Source: Nageia nagi (lineage: Eukaryota > Plantae > Pinophyta). From it: 64,000 nucleotides of DNA. The translations under genes and the position numbers were made by a program. The DNA lies in assembly GCA_050084985.1 (NCBI GenBank), contig JBITNC010000002.1:9858001-9922000 (forward strand). The letters run 5' to 3'. This document shows positions 37,670 to 51,163 of this stretch, one piece after another; position 1 is the stretch's first letter, and each line of letters starts with the position of its first letter. The notes beneath the pieces were generated by a model. The model was not told the DNA's origin. It did not search any database and saw only the letters and a list, made by a program, of their open reading frames with translations.

Positions 37670-38010
37670 AACTTATCTTTCATAGCTTATCGTTCATGTC
37701 TTATCATACATACCTTATCATCCATGCTTATCATTCATGCCTTGTCATTCAAGTCATGTCCTTCATGCCTTGTTCATATCTTGTTGTTCATGCCTTTTTA
37801 TTCATGTCTTATCATTTATGCTTTCTTGTTCATGCTTTGTGATTTATGTCTTATCATTTGTACCTTATCATTCATATCTTGTCTTTCATACCATGCCATT
37901 CATGCCATATAATTCATTTATGTTTGAATACTATATCATTTGTATCATACCATTCATGCCATATCATTCATATCTTGTCATTTATTCCATGTCCTTGAGG
38001 TCATGTTGTT
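37670..38010. repeat. Degenerate ~14-15-bp minisatellite (TTATCATTCATGCC-like)
   Basis: Repeated CTTATCATTCATG / TTGTTCATGCC units; accounts for the Cys/His/Leu-rich spurious ORFs. Confidence 0.8.
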
Positions 38011-39777
38011 GAGTCCATGTCATTATATTAAGTCAATCAAATACATTTGATGTCTGACATGTAGCCACCTTTTATACAAATAATCTAGATGATTGATGTG
38101 TGTCTTCCACCTATTAAAATAATATAAATAGCTTCATTCATGTATTTGTTTCATTTTAATCTCCTGCTTCTTATCCCTCCAATTATTTTCTATCATTTTC
38201 ACCTCCCATTTCTTGTCCCGATAGTCATTTTCTATCATTTTCGCCTGCCATTTCTTATCCATACTAATACTTTCCTTCTGTAAACTCTACTTTTTGAATA
38301 TACTATAGTATACTCATGGCCATATCTACCTACACAACCACCAAACCCAAAATATTATAGAATTTTTCCTTTTATTATCTTAATCTATAAAGGGAACTCC
38401 ATCAAAAGGATAATGCATTCCCTTCTAAATGGGCAATTGATGTTGATCTTACGGACCTCATCTATATATCTATTCTCAAGTTAAAGAATCATCTATTGGA
38501 TCGGATCTTGTATTCCTATTATGATGTACTATTTTGATTCTATTTTTAAGCTCAAGATGGGTGGAAGTTCTCTTTTTCTATCAGACTAGAGGACATTGAA
38601 TGTCTCACTCTTATACCACACAATAGGTATACCTATACAAATACAAGGTTCATTGAAAGACTTCATTCCAAAAGAATTGGAACTTCTAAATAATCAATTT
38701 GATATTGATCTAAACCCCATTCTATCTTTAACCACATCTAAATCAAGTAAAAATACTTAAATATAATTTTTCTACTATCTTAAATTACACTTTTTCAATT
38801 TTTTACTTTTTGTCCCTTTATGTTTGTTGTTCAAGTGCTTTTGAAAAATACAATTGGGGAAGGAAAGTCCACACTATTTAGAATGAATTTTTTCAATTAG
38901 TAGTGGAATTTTTTGCAATTCATCTTATCCTCCTAGGAAGGTTCATTGATATGCCTATTTAGGTTCTTCACTACATGGAAATTTTATGACATCATATTAG
39001 ACTCCTTTTTATTTTCTGTTTAAGGTATTAAAAGATCCACTTACACCTTATCATAAGGTGTTCACTTTTTAGTAATTTTTTAGTATTAAAAGTTCATGAT
39101 TCATGATATTATATTAATTCCATCTTTTCTTATAAATTGATATATCTTTTAAAAATGTCATCTATATGGGTATATGTTTCTTTCATGCCTACCATGATAT
39201 CTTCCTCACTATTAAAGAGAGAATTTTTCCATCAATCCTTCAAGCCAGAAGATAAGATATTTTCCTTAATTTGTCAATGTTGTAGCCCTAGGGATAACCA
39301 AGTCAAAAAGGGAGTATGGAAGAAACATCAAACCATCAACATTCATCAAATATCAAGGAGGTATATCTAGAATTTAGACATATATTTTCTTAATTATCTA
39401 TCTTTATTTGGATATGCAATTCTCAATTCTTAGCATTACATATAAAATGACAAGTAAATTGCGAATACCTATAAATGATTTTCTATTATCATTATAATAT
39501 CATTTTTAATGCATTTATAAAAGAAAATATTTAAATAATTTGAATATCAAAAATGAATTAACAATATTAATTATCATTAATCCTGATTATATAAAAAAAT
39601 ATATATTAAATTGATCATTATCTTCTTATCATTGTGTAATATCGATTATCACTCTTTTTATTTCTTTATGAGGAGCATGGCATGGCATTCCATTAACCTT
39701 GTTTTTTAATAAACAGTGTTCATAACTTTTTAATATGAATGTTTTCCAACATAAGAATCGGAAGATTGATTAGGTGT

Positions 39778-40314
39778 TTGAATTCATAGTATCGGTATCG
39801 TTGGGAACGGTTAGGGTTGAGTGGATGCTAACAGTCAAATCCGTCAAAATTCTTTTGGTTTAAGTAGAAGACACAGATTGTCAGCTGATCACAAGCTGTG
39901 GCGAAGTGATCTTACTTTTGAGCCAACTGAAAATGGCTGCCTCCCATTTCCCTTATCCATTTATCCTGTCTACGTGTATTCCCATTTAATTTTTTTCTTG
40001 TGAAAAGTGTAGAAATGACGTTTAGCAGTGCAATGGTGGCAGTGGGACAACCAACGCAATGTTTGGTGGATTGCAGGAAGAGTAGTTTCTTGAAAAGCTG
40101 GGATTGTCTCCATCCAAGGTGAGGAGTTAGGAGGCAGCCTGACCTCATATTATAAACAGAAAGCCAAAGATAAGGAATATCAACTCTGAGTTGAATTGAC
40201 TAATGGATTGTGGCAGTTGTGTATACTTCACTTCCAGCAATGCTATTGTTTAAATGGTATAGTTAAGTGTTTCCTTCGCCCTTTGCTCGGAAAAGGATAA
40301 ATATAAATGAGTGA
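39778..40314. repeat. Copy 2 of the ~530-bp duplication
   Basis: GTGGATGCT, TTCCCTTATCCATTTATCCTGTC, AATGGTGGCAG, TTGTCTCCATC, AGGTGAGGAGT, GGAGGCAGCCTGAC, AAACAGAAAGC and AAATGAGTGA shared in order with copy 1. Confidence 0.9.
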
Positions 40315-41448
40315 AGTGAAGGAACTCTGCCTGAATTCCTTCTTTCCATTTGGAGAAAATAAAAATTAAAATATTTCTCATTTCTATTTCTATTTGGTGA
40401 GAATAAAAATAATGTTTGGAAGTGAAAAAAAAAAGTGATCGGTGTTGTTCTCAGGGAAAAGGCACGATTTATGACATTTTTAAGATAATTTAGAATGCTT
40501 TTAGATAAATAGGATGAAAATACGATTGAAGATGAATATATTTTATGTAAATTCTTTGTACTTTTAAACTTAGAATATTTAATGTGTAAAATGAAAAATA
40601 TGGTGTGAATAAATTAAATTAACAATAAATGAATAATAAGAGAAATTAATAATAAATAATAATTATATTATTTTTTGTATTTCAAAAAGAGAAAAAAAAT
40701 GGTATTTATAAAAAGATACAAGATCAAGGTAGATGAATATTTTTAAAAAGAAAAAAAAATAGAAGCAATAAAAAAGATGAATACTACATTACTTATGATA
40801 GAGGTAGGATGCCTTTTCAAATCAATTATAAAAGTATTGATTTTATTCAAGAATTTAAAAAAAATAAAAAATAGTAATATTGATGTTTTAGTTAGAGAAA
40901 GAGTGTTTGTGAAAATTTTCAAGTGTGACAAAGAGACTCAAATTCAAAAGTCTTCCCTTACATGTTGGTAATATGTTGCAAAGCTCAGTTGAAGGTATCA
41001 TGCCAGATTACTCTCACAAATGTATACAATGATGGGATTACCCAAAAAAAAATACAATTCATTTCTACTATTTATTGTTAGTTTTGTATATTATTATTAT
41101 GTGTTGTATCATACTTAAAATTATATTTTAGTTGTAGTGATGGTAGTTTGTTGTTAATAGAGATAATGGGATATCATGAGATAAAAACATATATGGTATA
41201 TATATTTCACTACTTTAGTATATTTTATAATTATTTATAATATTTTTAAGAATATATGTAGTTACATAAATTTTATTTATGTAATAACTTATAATCATTA
41301 AATGAACATTTTCATATTATTTCGTATATCATTATTATCAATACAAATTTATTATAATTTATAATAGTGGACTAATGTGTATCTTATTTTTTATATGATG
41401 TTTGGTCCAAGGTGTGGATGTCAACCCAAGCAATGGGTTAGTGCATGG

Positions 41449-43069
41449 TGATGAGTCTTAGTAATTACCTAGTTTTTGGCATAGTTCAATGGTTCATTTT
41501 GTATATTTGGATATTATGGGATGGATTAATTGTAACTGTTGGACTATTTAGTTGCTTAATATATGGCTAAATGCATACTTTCCTTATATTAGTATTTTGT
41601 GCATACTAATTCTATTTTGTGTGTTTGTGTGAACCAAAATGCTTCTGTTTGCTCCATGAAATGATGGTTGATAACTTGTATGAGTTGTAAGTATTGGAGG
41701 AAGTATTCTGAATAGATTTTGCACTTATATACATTATCCGAAGCTCAACTTCAAACACATTGGACACCTCATTTGGTAAAGTAGAATTATGTTATCTAGA
41801 GCTTTTGTTCTAAACTTGTCTGAAGCTCCTGTTCTAAACTTGTTGGGAGCTTCTATTCTAGAATCAACTGAAGCTTCTATTCTAGACTTTTCTGGAGCTT
41901 CTATTTTAGACTTGTTCGAAGCTTCTATTTCAGACTCATTTGAATCTTCTATTTCAGACTCGTCCAGAGCTTCTATTTTAGACTCATTCGGAGCTTCTAT
42001 TTTAGACTTGTTTGAAGTTTTTATTTCAAACTCGTCCAAAGCTCCCACTCTAGACCCAAAATTAAGAAATTGACCATCATTATTGACTATATTACCAATT
42101 TTATTCCAACCTTGTATGATCCAAATATTTACATAATGTGAGCTACTCCAAATATATTTTATAGAAGCATGACTCCAACATATTAGATATAGTCAGATAT
42201 GATTCTTATTTTATGGAGTATGTTTGACTCCAAATTAGGCATAATAAACTACTTATGATGTAATTAGGATAGTGTTGACTCGTTGGGATGAGCCACTCTT
42301 TATTTTAAGAGATTGCAGCTCTCCTTAGATAAGATGTGGGCACCATTAGCATGTTAATTTTAGTGTTAGCTAGTTGGTAGAATAAGTGATTCTATTTTCT
42401 ATAATAAATTATTGTTATTCTTAGCCAGCCTATTATTAAACAATGAAGGATATTTAAACCTCAGTTGTTGATGGTAGAAGGGATTAGAAGATTAAGAAAA
42501 TATTGTGTGTAGATTATTTAGAATAAAAACTTTGTATTAGATTCATCAAGCATATTCTTTCCAAGATAAATTGTATGCAATAATAGAGTGATTTGTTAAA
42601 AGTTTCCAATTCTAAGTTCTTCTAAATCTTCCACCAAGAGGAACAAGGGCCTACTCCAAATGGTAGAAGACTCTTTTATTTTACTATTCTTCTAATTCAA
42701 GTGTGAGTTTATATTCAGTGTGATAATTTCAAGTGTATATTTCTTTCAGTATTTAAGATTCTTGTACTTTCAATTTTGTAACTTTCTATTTTGCATATTG
42801 GCTTTCTGCAATGTTTAATTAAAGTAGATATAGCTACGAAAATAGAGTTCAAACATATAGCCTTGAACACTATATGAATTGATTAACTAAATGAAGGAGT
42901 TAGATATTATCTTCTAAGAGTAGTGATATGGAACTAAAATTTGCCCTGAGTGTTGGAGTACCAGCTCTATGAGTTAACTAGTCCCTTCATGATAATAGGT
43001 GAAAGGATCACTAAGGGAAGGGTAGTGATAGCCCTGGTGAAATTTGGAATACCATTATTTAGCCCATAA
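41449..43069 (+). repeat. 5' LTR of the Athila-like element (24-bp tandem array at ~41800-42055)
   Basis: Starts TGATGAGTC; direct repeat of 59454-61088; unit GAAGCTTCTATTCTAGACTCATTC about 10 times. Confidence 0.93.
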
Positions 43070-43073
43070 TTTT

Positions 43074-43091
43074 TAGCATTGTTGCTAAGGA
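43074..43091 (+). other. Decayed PBS, tRNA-Asp type
   Basis: TAGCATTGTTGCTAAGGA vs Athila-type TGGCGCCGTTGCCGGGGA; all differences are C>T or G>A transitions. Confidence 0.7.
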
Positions 43092-43941
43092 ATGGTGTTA
43101 ATTGAACTATTCTTGCACTTCTTAAGTATAGGGGACTTGATAGAGTCAATAAGCAATCAGATTCTATCTTGGTTCTTAAATTCTTCATAGAATGAGTGTC
43201 CCCAATAACCTATATTAAGAAATTATAGTGAACTATTATCTAAGTTGTGATAGATTGGTGTATGTATTTGCTTGAGAATGTATGAATATATCAAGGGATG
43301 ATAAAGGAAGATTTTTTAAAGGAGATAGTAGTAAGAAAGTAGTTGTAGGAAAATCAATCAAAAAAATACAAAAAAATCCCCCCAAAACTAAAAAGTTGAG
43401 TTCAAAAGAGGTTTTGGAAGAAAAGGGAAGTTGTATAATTATCAAAGAACATCAAGTGGAGCAACCAAAAGAAACTAGCCTAGAGCCTATACCTATGGAA
43501 GAATTGGAAGAAATTGATCCAATAATTTTAGAAGAGGAGGTAGACTATACTCTAGAATCTAAGTACCCAATCATTGCAAAAGAGATAACTTTCATTAGTC
43601 CATCATCACCACGATTTCTAAGATTCTTAGATTCACCTAAGCAACATAGGAGATTTATTGATAAATCCCCTCCATTTCCTATTCAGTTTGCAAACTTAAC
43701 TCTCTAAATAGAGATAGTTGAGCCTGCTTTAAATACAATCACTACTACTCTTCATCTATCCATCTATTTCTCTAATACATCTTTACCATTACCTATTACT
43801 CATGTTCATCCTCTTACCAATGAAAGTGATTCTGAAGTAGAAAAAGGAGTAGCCAAGATACCCTTCCATATTTATTACAACAAGAGGAGATTACTAGAGT
43901 TTGAGCAAATAAAGAAGATATATACTAATCCACTTGCCAAT

Positions 43942-45411
43942 ATGTCTAGAGGAAGTGGTGGTTCTGGAGTGGTAGCTACTAATCCCTCTACTTAAACATT
44001 CACTTATCCCATAAGGATCACTATAGGGACTCAAGATCTTATGAAGAACATTTCACCATTAGTCTTACCTACCTTTCGAGGTCTTTCCAATGAGGATCCA
44101 TATCAGTTTTTGTTTGAATTTAAAATATTGTGCAGAACTTATGACTATGAGATGGATGAATAAAAATTAAAACTTTTTCTATCCACTCTAAAGGATAATG
44201 CAATGAGGTGGTTCATGGGACTTCCTCCAAATTCCATCACCACTTGGGATGAAATGGAGAAAGCTTTTTTGAAAAAATACCAAGAATACTATTGATTCAA
44301 AGATAAGAAAGATGAACTATTTTAACTCAATCATGTAGCATCAAAAAGCCTTGAAGATTACCTTGATAGATTCTTATTTTTTTAGAAAAGAGTTGGCACA
44401 ACCATGGATCCTGAATTCTCCAAAACCATGTTTTTAAGAGGGATTTTGGATTCCACATTAGAAGTCCTAAATTTGATGGGAAAGGGTAATGTCAATAAGT
44501 TAACTCTTGAGGAAATTATGGAACTCTACAAAAACTATTCAAGGACTAGATCATGTAAGAGAAGTGATAGGTTTCAGAATGATGGTCGAGTAGAGACTAG
44601 ATTGGCAAGTGAAATTAAGGAATAATTTGCAAACTTCAAGATTGATGTTTTATTTGAATAAAGTTAATTGAAGGGAATAATAAATAAACTAAAGGAGGTT
44701 TCGGATTCTCTTCAAACTATGAATTCAAAAAAGGAGACCACATATGAGTTTTCAATAAGGTATTATCCTAGGTTCCAAAAGAAACATGCTCTACATGAAT
44801 ATCCTCTGAACACTACCCATATATGTAGCCTATGCAATAATGACCATACAACAAATGATTGTGACTATTTAATGATAGCACAAATGTTTGTAGTAGCTCC
44901 AAACTTGAACATGAACTATATGGGAGCAATGGGGCCTAGGGGAAATATTAATTTCCAAGGGAATCCAAACCCCCATTTTTCTAGACCAATGAATCAAAAT
45001 TGATGGAGCATGTCACCATATTCCCCATGGACGGTAACTCAAGATTGGAAAGGTTATGGATGGGATCCTTCATAATGGAATCCATAATGGTAGCATTAAG
45101 TAGGAAAAATTTAGTAGAACTAGAGTAATCATCTAGTACAAGGATAGAGAAGGTAAAGTTTGCTACCACCACCATTTAATTAACAATAGCAAATGAATCA
45201 ACAGCAAGAACCTCCAAAGCAACCAGCTCTTCTAACCCAACATGTTTTGAACCCAAATAAGAACAAGCAAGCTCCAACACCTACTTATCAAATTGATCAA
45301 GAAGACACTACATCAATAAATGCTATCCAATATAATGAAATTGAGCTTTGATCTAGTAAGAAATTGCTAGATCCTCTACCTCATATCATCATAGAAGTTG
45401 AGGTGGATATC
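43942..45411 (+). pseudogene. gag: Athila-like gag (disrupted), cut by the nested insertion
   Basis: MKNISPLVLPTFRGLSNEDPYQFLFEFKILCRTYDY...LKDNAMRWFMGLPPNSITTWDEMEKAFL; CSLCNNDHTTNDC. Confidence 0.88.
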
Positions 45412-46532
45412 TGATCCAAAATTTGGATCCCTTTAACATTTAGTAATCTCCATTTTAGTGTGTTCATTGTGATCACCTTGTCTTCAACTTTTTGATGCTT
45501 CTTTCAGATCATGAATCCGAGTTCGTATGTGGAAGATATGATATTAATACCGTTTGTGTATTTTGAGAAAAAAATTAAAAGGATTAAAATAATAATAATA
45601 ATAATAATAATAAAATATATGTTGGGTAGCCATTGTAGAGGGGACTCACCTGCCATCGTGAAGGCCTGCATGGAGTATCACATGGAGGTGAAGAGGTAGG
45701 TGAAAGAGGGGCCCGCACACCTAACGTTTGACCACCAGCCAAGCCGCCCATGCCCCCATTTGACTGCCAGCCAAGCTACCATGTTTGGAGACCGCTAGCC
45801 TACCAGCCAAGCTACCCATGAAGACCACCAGCTACTAGTCAACAGGAGGTTGACTTCCTCTAAGCCTGCCACATGTCATCACCATAATGCACCCACCTAA
45901 TTTTAGTTTTTTTTATGTATTTTTAGTGTTTTCAAAGGTTTTGGTGATTTTATCTTGCCTAAGATCCTATTATTAGGCTGATTTAATTCTGTAGGCCTAA
46001 AATAATCCAGTGAGCATATTATTTTGATTTTAGAGCTCATTTTGGGGAAATTGTTACAACCATTTGAGCCCAAATTGGACATGAAGATCAAGGAGGCTAA
46101 TGGGTATCTGAAAATAGGTTTTGTATTAAATTTCCTAGTTGTAAGACTCTCTAATTTTAGCCCCCAAAATTGTATAAAAAGGAGAACGAATTGGAGGGAA
46201 AGGGAGGAGGATTTCAAGAAAGTTATTTTCAGTTCTTGTGATTTTTAGAGCTGTGAGTGTGTTATGAATGTGAGAGGAGGTTTTGAAGGACCATGGATGC
46301 CTTGTAAAGTGATTCTACCCATTGATAGTAGAGAATTTTTGAGCTGGACGTAGCCCACATCGAGTGAACCAGGATAATTTTGCTTGTCTCTTTCTATGGT
46401 GAATGCTTTTCTCTTCTCTATGTTCATAAAATTGGCTCCTAATTTTCCTTTACAAGCACTTAATTATTTTAAGTGTGAATTGATCCTAAGAAAAGGTTAA
46501 ATTGAAATTTTAATGTTATAGTTTATGGATCA
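45412..46532 (+). repeat. 5' LTR of the nested chromovirus
   Basis: TGATCC...GGATCA; direct repeat of 51164-52281; followed by the Met PBS. Confidence 0.93.
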
Positions 46533-46718
46533 AGTTTGGTATCAAAGCAGTTGAAATCATTGGGATAACCTATATTTTTGAGATTATTGTTGGTGTTTGG
46601 AAAGTGTTCTTGCATGTATACCAAGTCACAAAGTAAGAAAGGAGAAGGAGAATTTGTGGAGGAGGATCCAAAAATTGGTTCTAGATTTTGGCTAAAGAAG
46701 TAAAGAGAGCTTGGAGCC

Positions 46719-49700
46719 ATGGCCAATGAAGGAGGGTCTAAGGTGGAAAAGCAAATTGCTGATCTCTCCACAATGTTCTAGAAGATGTCTCTACAATTCC
46801 AACACTTTCAAGAACAACAATACAAGAAAAATGAAGGTGAAACTAGTGAAGGTAATAAAATTGACAATGATGTTACACATAGTGTTTTTCAAAGTTCTCC
46901 TTTGAAATTGGAAGTTAAATTTGATTTGCCTATTTTTATTAGAGAAGTGAATGCTGAGAAGTTAGACTATTGGATTAAACAAATTGAGGTATATTTTAGA
47001 ATTCAAAGAATTGTTAGAGATGAGGATAAAATCCAATTAGCAACTCTTAAAATGAGTGGTAATGCACTTGTTTGGTGGGAAAGTTGTTTGTAAAGTAAGA
47101 ATGAATCAATTCAAACTTGTATTACTTCTTGGACCCATTTTGTATAATTGCTTAGAGATCAATTTTATCCTTTGGGTTATCGACAAAAGGTAGTCATGGA
47201 ATGGCAAAATTTTTGTCAAGGCAAAGGGCAAAGTGTGCAAGAGTACACTATGGAATTTTGAAGAAGAGCTGCAATGCTAGGTATTCCTCTTAATTCCCAA
47301 GATACTCTTCTTAAGTATATTGGTGGTTTGCACAATTATTTAAGGCATACAATATTGATGTTTGATCCAAATGATTTGGATAAAGTTTGTGTACAAGCCA
47401 CTCACTTAGAAGAAAGGGGAAATTTCGTTAAGGATGGGAAAAAGAAAAATGCTTCCAATAACAATAGTAATAATGATTCTGAAAAGAACAAAGGAAAAGG
47501 GAAAAAGAAAACTATATCTACTACACAAAAAGAGAATTCTAAAGATGTATGTACACATTGTCAAAAAGAAGGTCATTTAGAGGCTAAATGTTGGAAATTG
47601 CATCTTGAATTACGCCCTAAACCTAAAAGTCAAAAGAAGCAAACAAATACTATTACTAAGGAAATTGAAGATGGTTCAGATGTAGATGAGAAAATGGCAT
47701 GTATGGTTTTTCATAATACACCTAGCGAAGATGAGGAAAAGAAGAAAATTGAACTTTTTCACATCAAGGTGCAAATTAAGAAGACTAGGATTGATACATT
47801 GTTTGATTTTGGATCTCAAGCTAACTTAATTGCAGAAAAGTATATCAAATCACTTGCACTCACTACTCAACCTCATCCAAACCCATATCCATTGGGATGG
47901 GTTAATAAAAATTCCAAGTTAAAGGTAACACAACAATGCAAGTTGCAATTTGGGATTAACAGAGAGTACACTGGTGAAGTTTTACTTGATGTTGTTCCTT
48001 TGGATATTTGTGGGATTATGCTTGGTAGTCCTTATCTATGGGAAAGAGGTGCTTTATTTTATAGAAAGGAAAACAAATATAGACTCATTAAAGATGGAGT
48101 TTAATACATGGTTAGTGCTCATCAAAATAAAAAAAAAGGATATTTCTTTAATTACTACATGAAAAGCAAAGAGACTAATCAATACAGGACAAATGTTTGT
48201 ACTTGCAATCATGAAATCTCAAGATGAAGTGGAAATCATAAAGGCACTTAAGGATTGTGAACCATAATACAAAGAAGAAGTAAAAGAGGTAATTTCCAAA
48301 TTTGAAGATTTATTTCAAGTACCTAAAGAACTTCCACCAAAAAGAGATATACAACATGAGATTCAATTACATCTTGATGTTGCACTTCCTAATATTGGCT
48401 TATATAGAAACTCTACTTTGGAAACTGAAGAAATTAAGAAACAAGTCAAGGAATTGTTAGATCAAGGAGTCATTAGATCTAGCACATCACCGTGTGGATC
48501 TCCTATTATTATAATTCCAAAGAAAGATGGAACTTGGTGTATATGTGTTGATTACAGGGCACTAAATAAGATCATAATTAAAAATTGATATCCTTTGCCA
48601 CGTATTGATGATTTAATGGATCAATTACAAAAAGATACGCTTTTCACAAAATTGGATCTAAGAAGTGGTTATCATCAAGTATGAGTTAAAGAAGAGGATG
48701 TGTGGAAAATTGCTTTTAAAACCAGGCAAGGATTGTTTGAATGGTTGGTTTTACCATTTGGATTATGCAATGCTCCTGCTACTTTCATGCATGTAATGAA
48801 TGAGGTTTTAAGGCCTTTCATTGATGATTTTGTTATTGTGTATCTTGATGATATTTTCATTTACAGTGATAATTAGAAAGATCATGTGGTACATATTCGT
48901 AAAGTGTTTGAAGTTTTAAGGGAAGCAAAACTCTATTTGAAGATGTCTAAGTGTGAGTTTATCAGGAAGAGTTTAATCTATCTTGGCCACATTGTAGGTG
49001 AAGGTCAATTGAGGATAGATCCTGCAAAAATTGAGGTTGTGTTGAAATGGCCTACTCCCACTAATGTGACAAAGACTAGGAGTTTTCTTGGGGCAGTGCA
49101 GTATTTATGCAAGTTTATTGGTAACTTTTCTTACATGGCTTCTCCACTTCATGCAATTATAGGAAAGAGTCATGAATTTCAATGGGGAGGGAAAGAACAA
49201 CATGCTTTTGAATTGCTCAAAGGGAAAATCAGTAATGTTCTAGTACTTGCTTTGCCTAATCTTCAGAAAACTTTTGAAATTGAAACTGATGCAAGTGACT
49301 ATGCTATGGCTGCAATTTTATTACAGGAAAAACATCCAATTTGCTATCACTCAAAAAAGTTTACCAATGCAGTAAGAAATAATCCCACATATGATAAAGA
49401 GTTATATGCATTAATTCAAAGTGTTAAGAAATGGAAGCACTATTTGGTAGGTAAAGAGATAATAATTCATATAGACCATCAACCCTTGCAATATCTTCAG
49501 TCACAATCTAAGTTGCAACAATCTAGGCACTTTCGTTGGATGGGATTCTTGCAACAATTTCATTTGGTGATTAAGTACAAGAAGGGTACTCAAAATAAAA
49601 TTGTTGATATGTTGTCTAGGCCTCCAATAGTTGCCAGTGTTGTGATTCTGCAAAATAGTTCTTTAATGCATGATGGGTATAAAGAATAATATATGGTTGG

Positions 49701-51123
49701 TCCTGATTTCCAAAATGTCTATCATAGATTGAGTCTTGGTAATGAGGTTGGAAATCATGAATTTCATTTGCATGATGGATTACTTTTTAATTTGGGAAAA
49801 CTTTGTATTCCTAATGGTGAGAGGAATGATTTAATTAGGGAAGCTCATACTTCTCATATTTCAGGGCACTTTGGTGTTGGGAAAACTCTTGCTAATCTAA
49901 AAAGATATTGTTACTAGCCTAAAATGCAAGAAAATGTATCTAGATATATCAAAGGTTGTATGTTATGCAGTGTAAGCAAACCCAATAACAAGAAATTTGG
50001 TCTTTATATGCCATTATCCATTCCTACACGACCATGAGAGAGTATTTCTATGGATTTTGTTGGAGGTTTACCTATGTCTATGAGAGGTCATGATTATTTA
50101 TATGTGGTTGTGGATAGATTTAGTAAGATGTGTATTCTAATCCCATGTAAAAAGATTGTGACAGGTAAAGAGGTGGCTAATCTTTTCTTTACTTATGTGT
50201 GGGTACATTTTGGTCTTCCTACTTCTATCATTTCTGACAAGGACTCTAGGTTTCTTGGAAAATTTTAGACTTCTTTGTGGGAAAGGATGGACACTAAGCT
50301 AAAAAGGAGTACAACATTTCATCCACAGATAGATGGTCAAATAGAGGTGGTAAATAGGATAGTGGTACACCTATTACGGGGTTATTATGGTAAGCATCCT
50401 AAGACTTGGGACAAGCATTTGAGCTATATACAGCATGCATATAATCAAGCTTTACATTCTTCTACTAACAAAACACCTTTTGAGACTTGTTTTGGTTATT
50501 TGCCAAAATCACCTTTCAATATGGCTTTTGCTTCAACAAGTGATGGAGATATAGTTCTTCATAATGAGGAGGAGCGGGCAAAGAATTTTATTGAGAGGAT
50601 CAGATTGATTCATCAAAAGGTAAAAGAATAGTTGGAGAAGAGTCAAGTCAAGTATAAGGAGAGGCATGATGATCATCAGGTGGATCATAAATTTTAGGTT
50701 GGGGATTAGGTATGGCTTCATCTCAGTAAGGAGAGATAGCATGGTGAGGGAAAGAAGTTGAAACCAATAAGGTATGGTCCATTTACCATTATTGGTCAAG
50801 TTGGAGACAATGCATTTCGGTTGGACTTACCACCCTATATGCAAATGTATTTCATTATTAATGTTGAGAACTTAAAGTTGTATGAACCAGCCTTAGTTGT
50901 AGAAGATACAGATGTTATGTTACCATCAGTTGAGGATTTATCCCCTAAGCACATGAATGTGTTGGTTGAGGATATAGTAATGGAAAAGAAGCAACAATCA
51001 TCTCATAATGGCATACATGAGTTGTGGCATATTGGAGTGAAGGGCCAACATCCACACAAGGCCAAGTGGTATGCAATTGATCAGGTGAGGGAGCTCTACC
51101 CTCACCTCATTTCATCATCCTAA
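46719..51123 (+). pseudogene. gag-pol: Chromovirus gag-pol (disrupted)
   Basis: LKMSGNALVWWE; CTHCQKEGHLEAKC; LFDFGSQANLI; [17 protein letters not shown]; ETDASDYA, YDKELYAL; HFGVGKT, MDFVGGLP, FHPQIDGQIEVVNR; KPIRYGPF. Stops mostly from CAG>TAG and TGG>TAG. Confidence 0.95.
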
Positions 51124-51163
51124 TTGCTTTTGGAGATAAAATCTCTCTCTCAATGGTGAGGAA

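Noticed and set aside
37652-38012. Cys/His-rich ORFs as metallothionein-like or membrane peptides
   Set aside because: They arise from a degenerate 14-15-bp minisatellite
45511-46427. ORFs duplicated at 51202-52102
   Set aside because: Incidental frames within the CRM-like LTR pair
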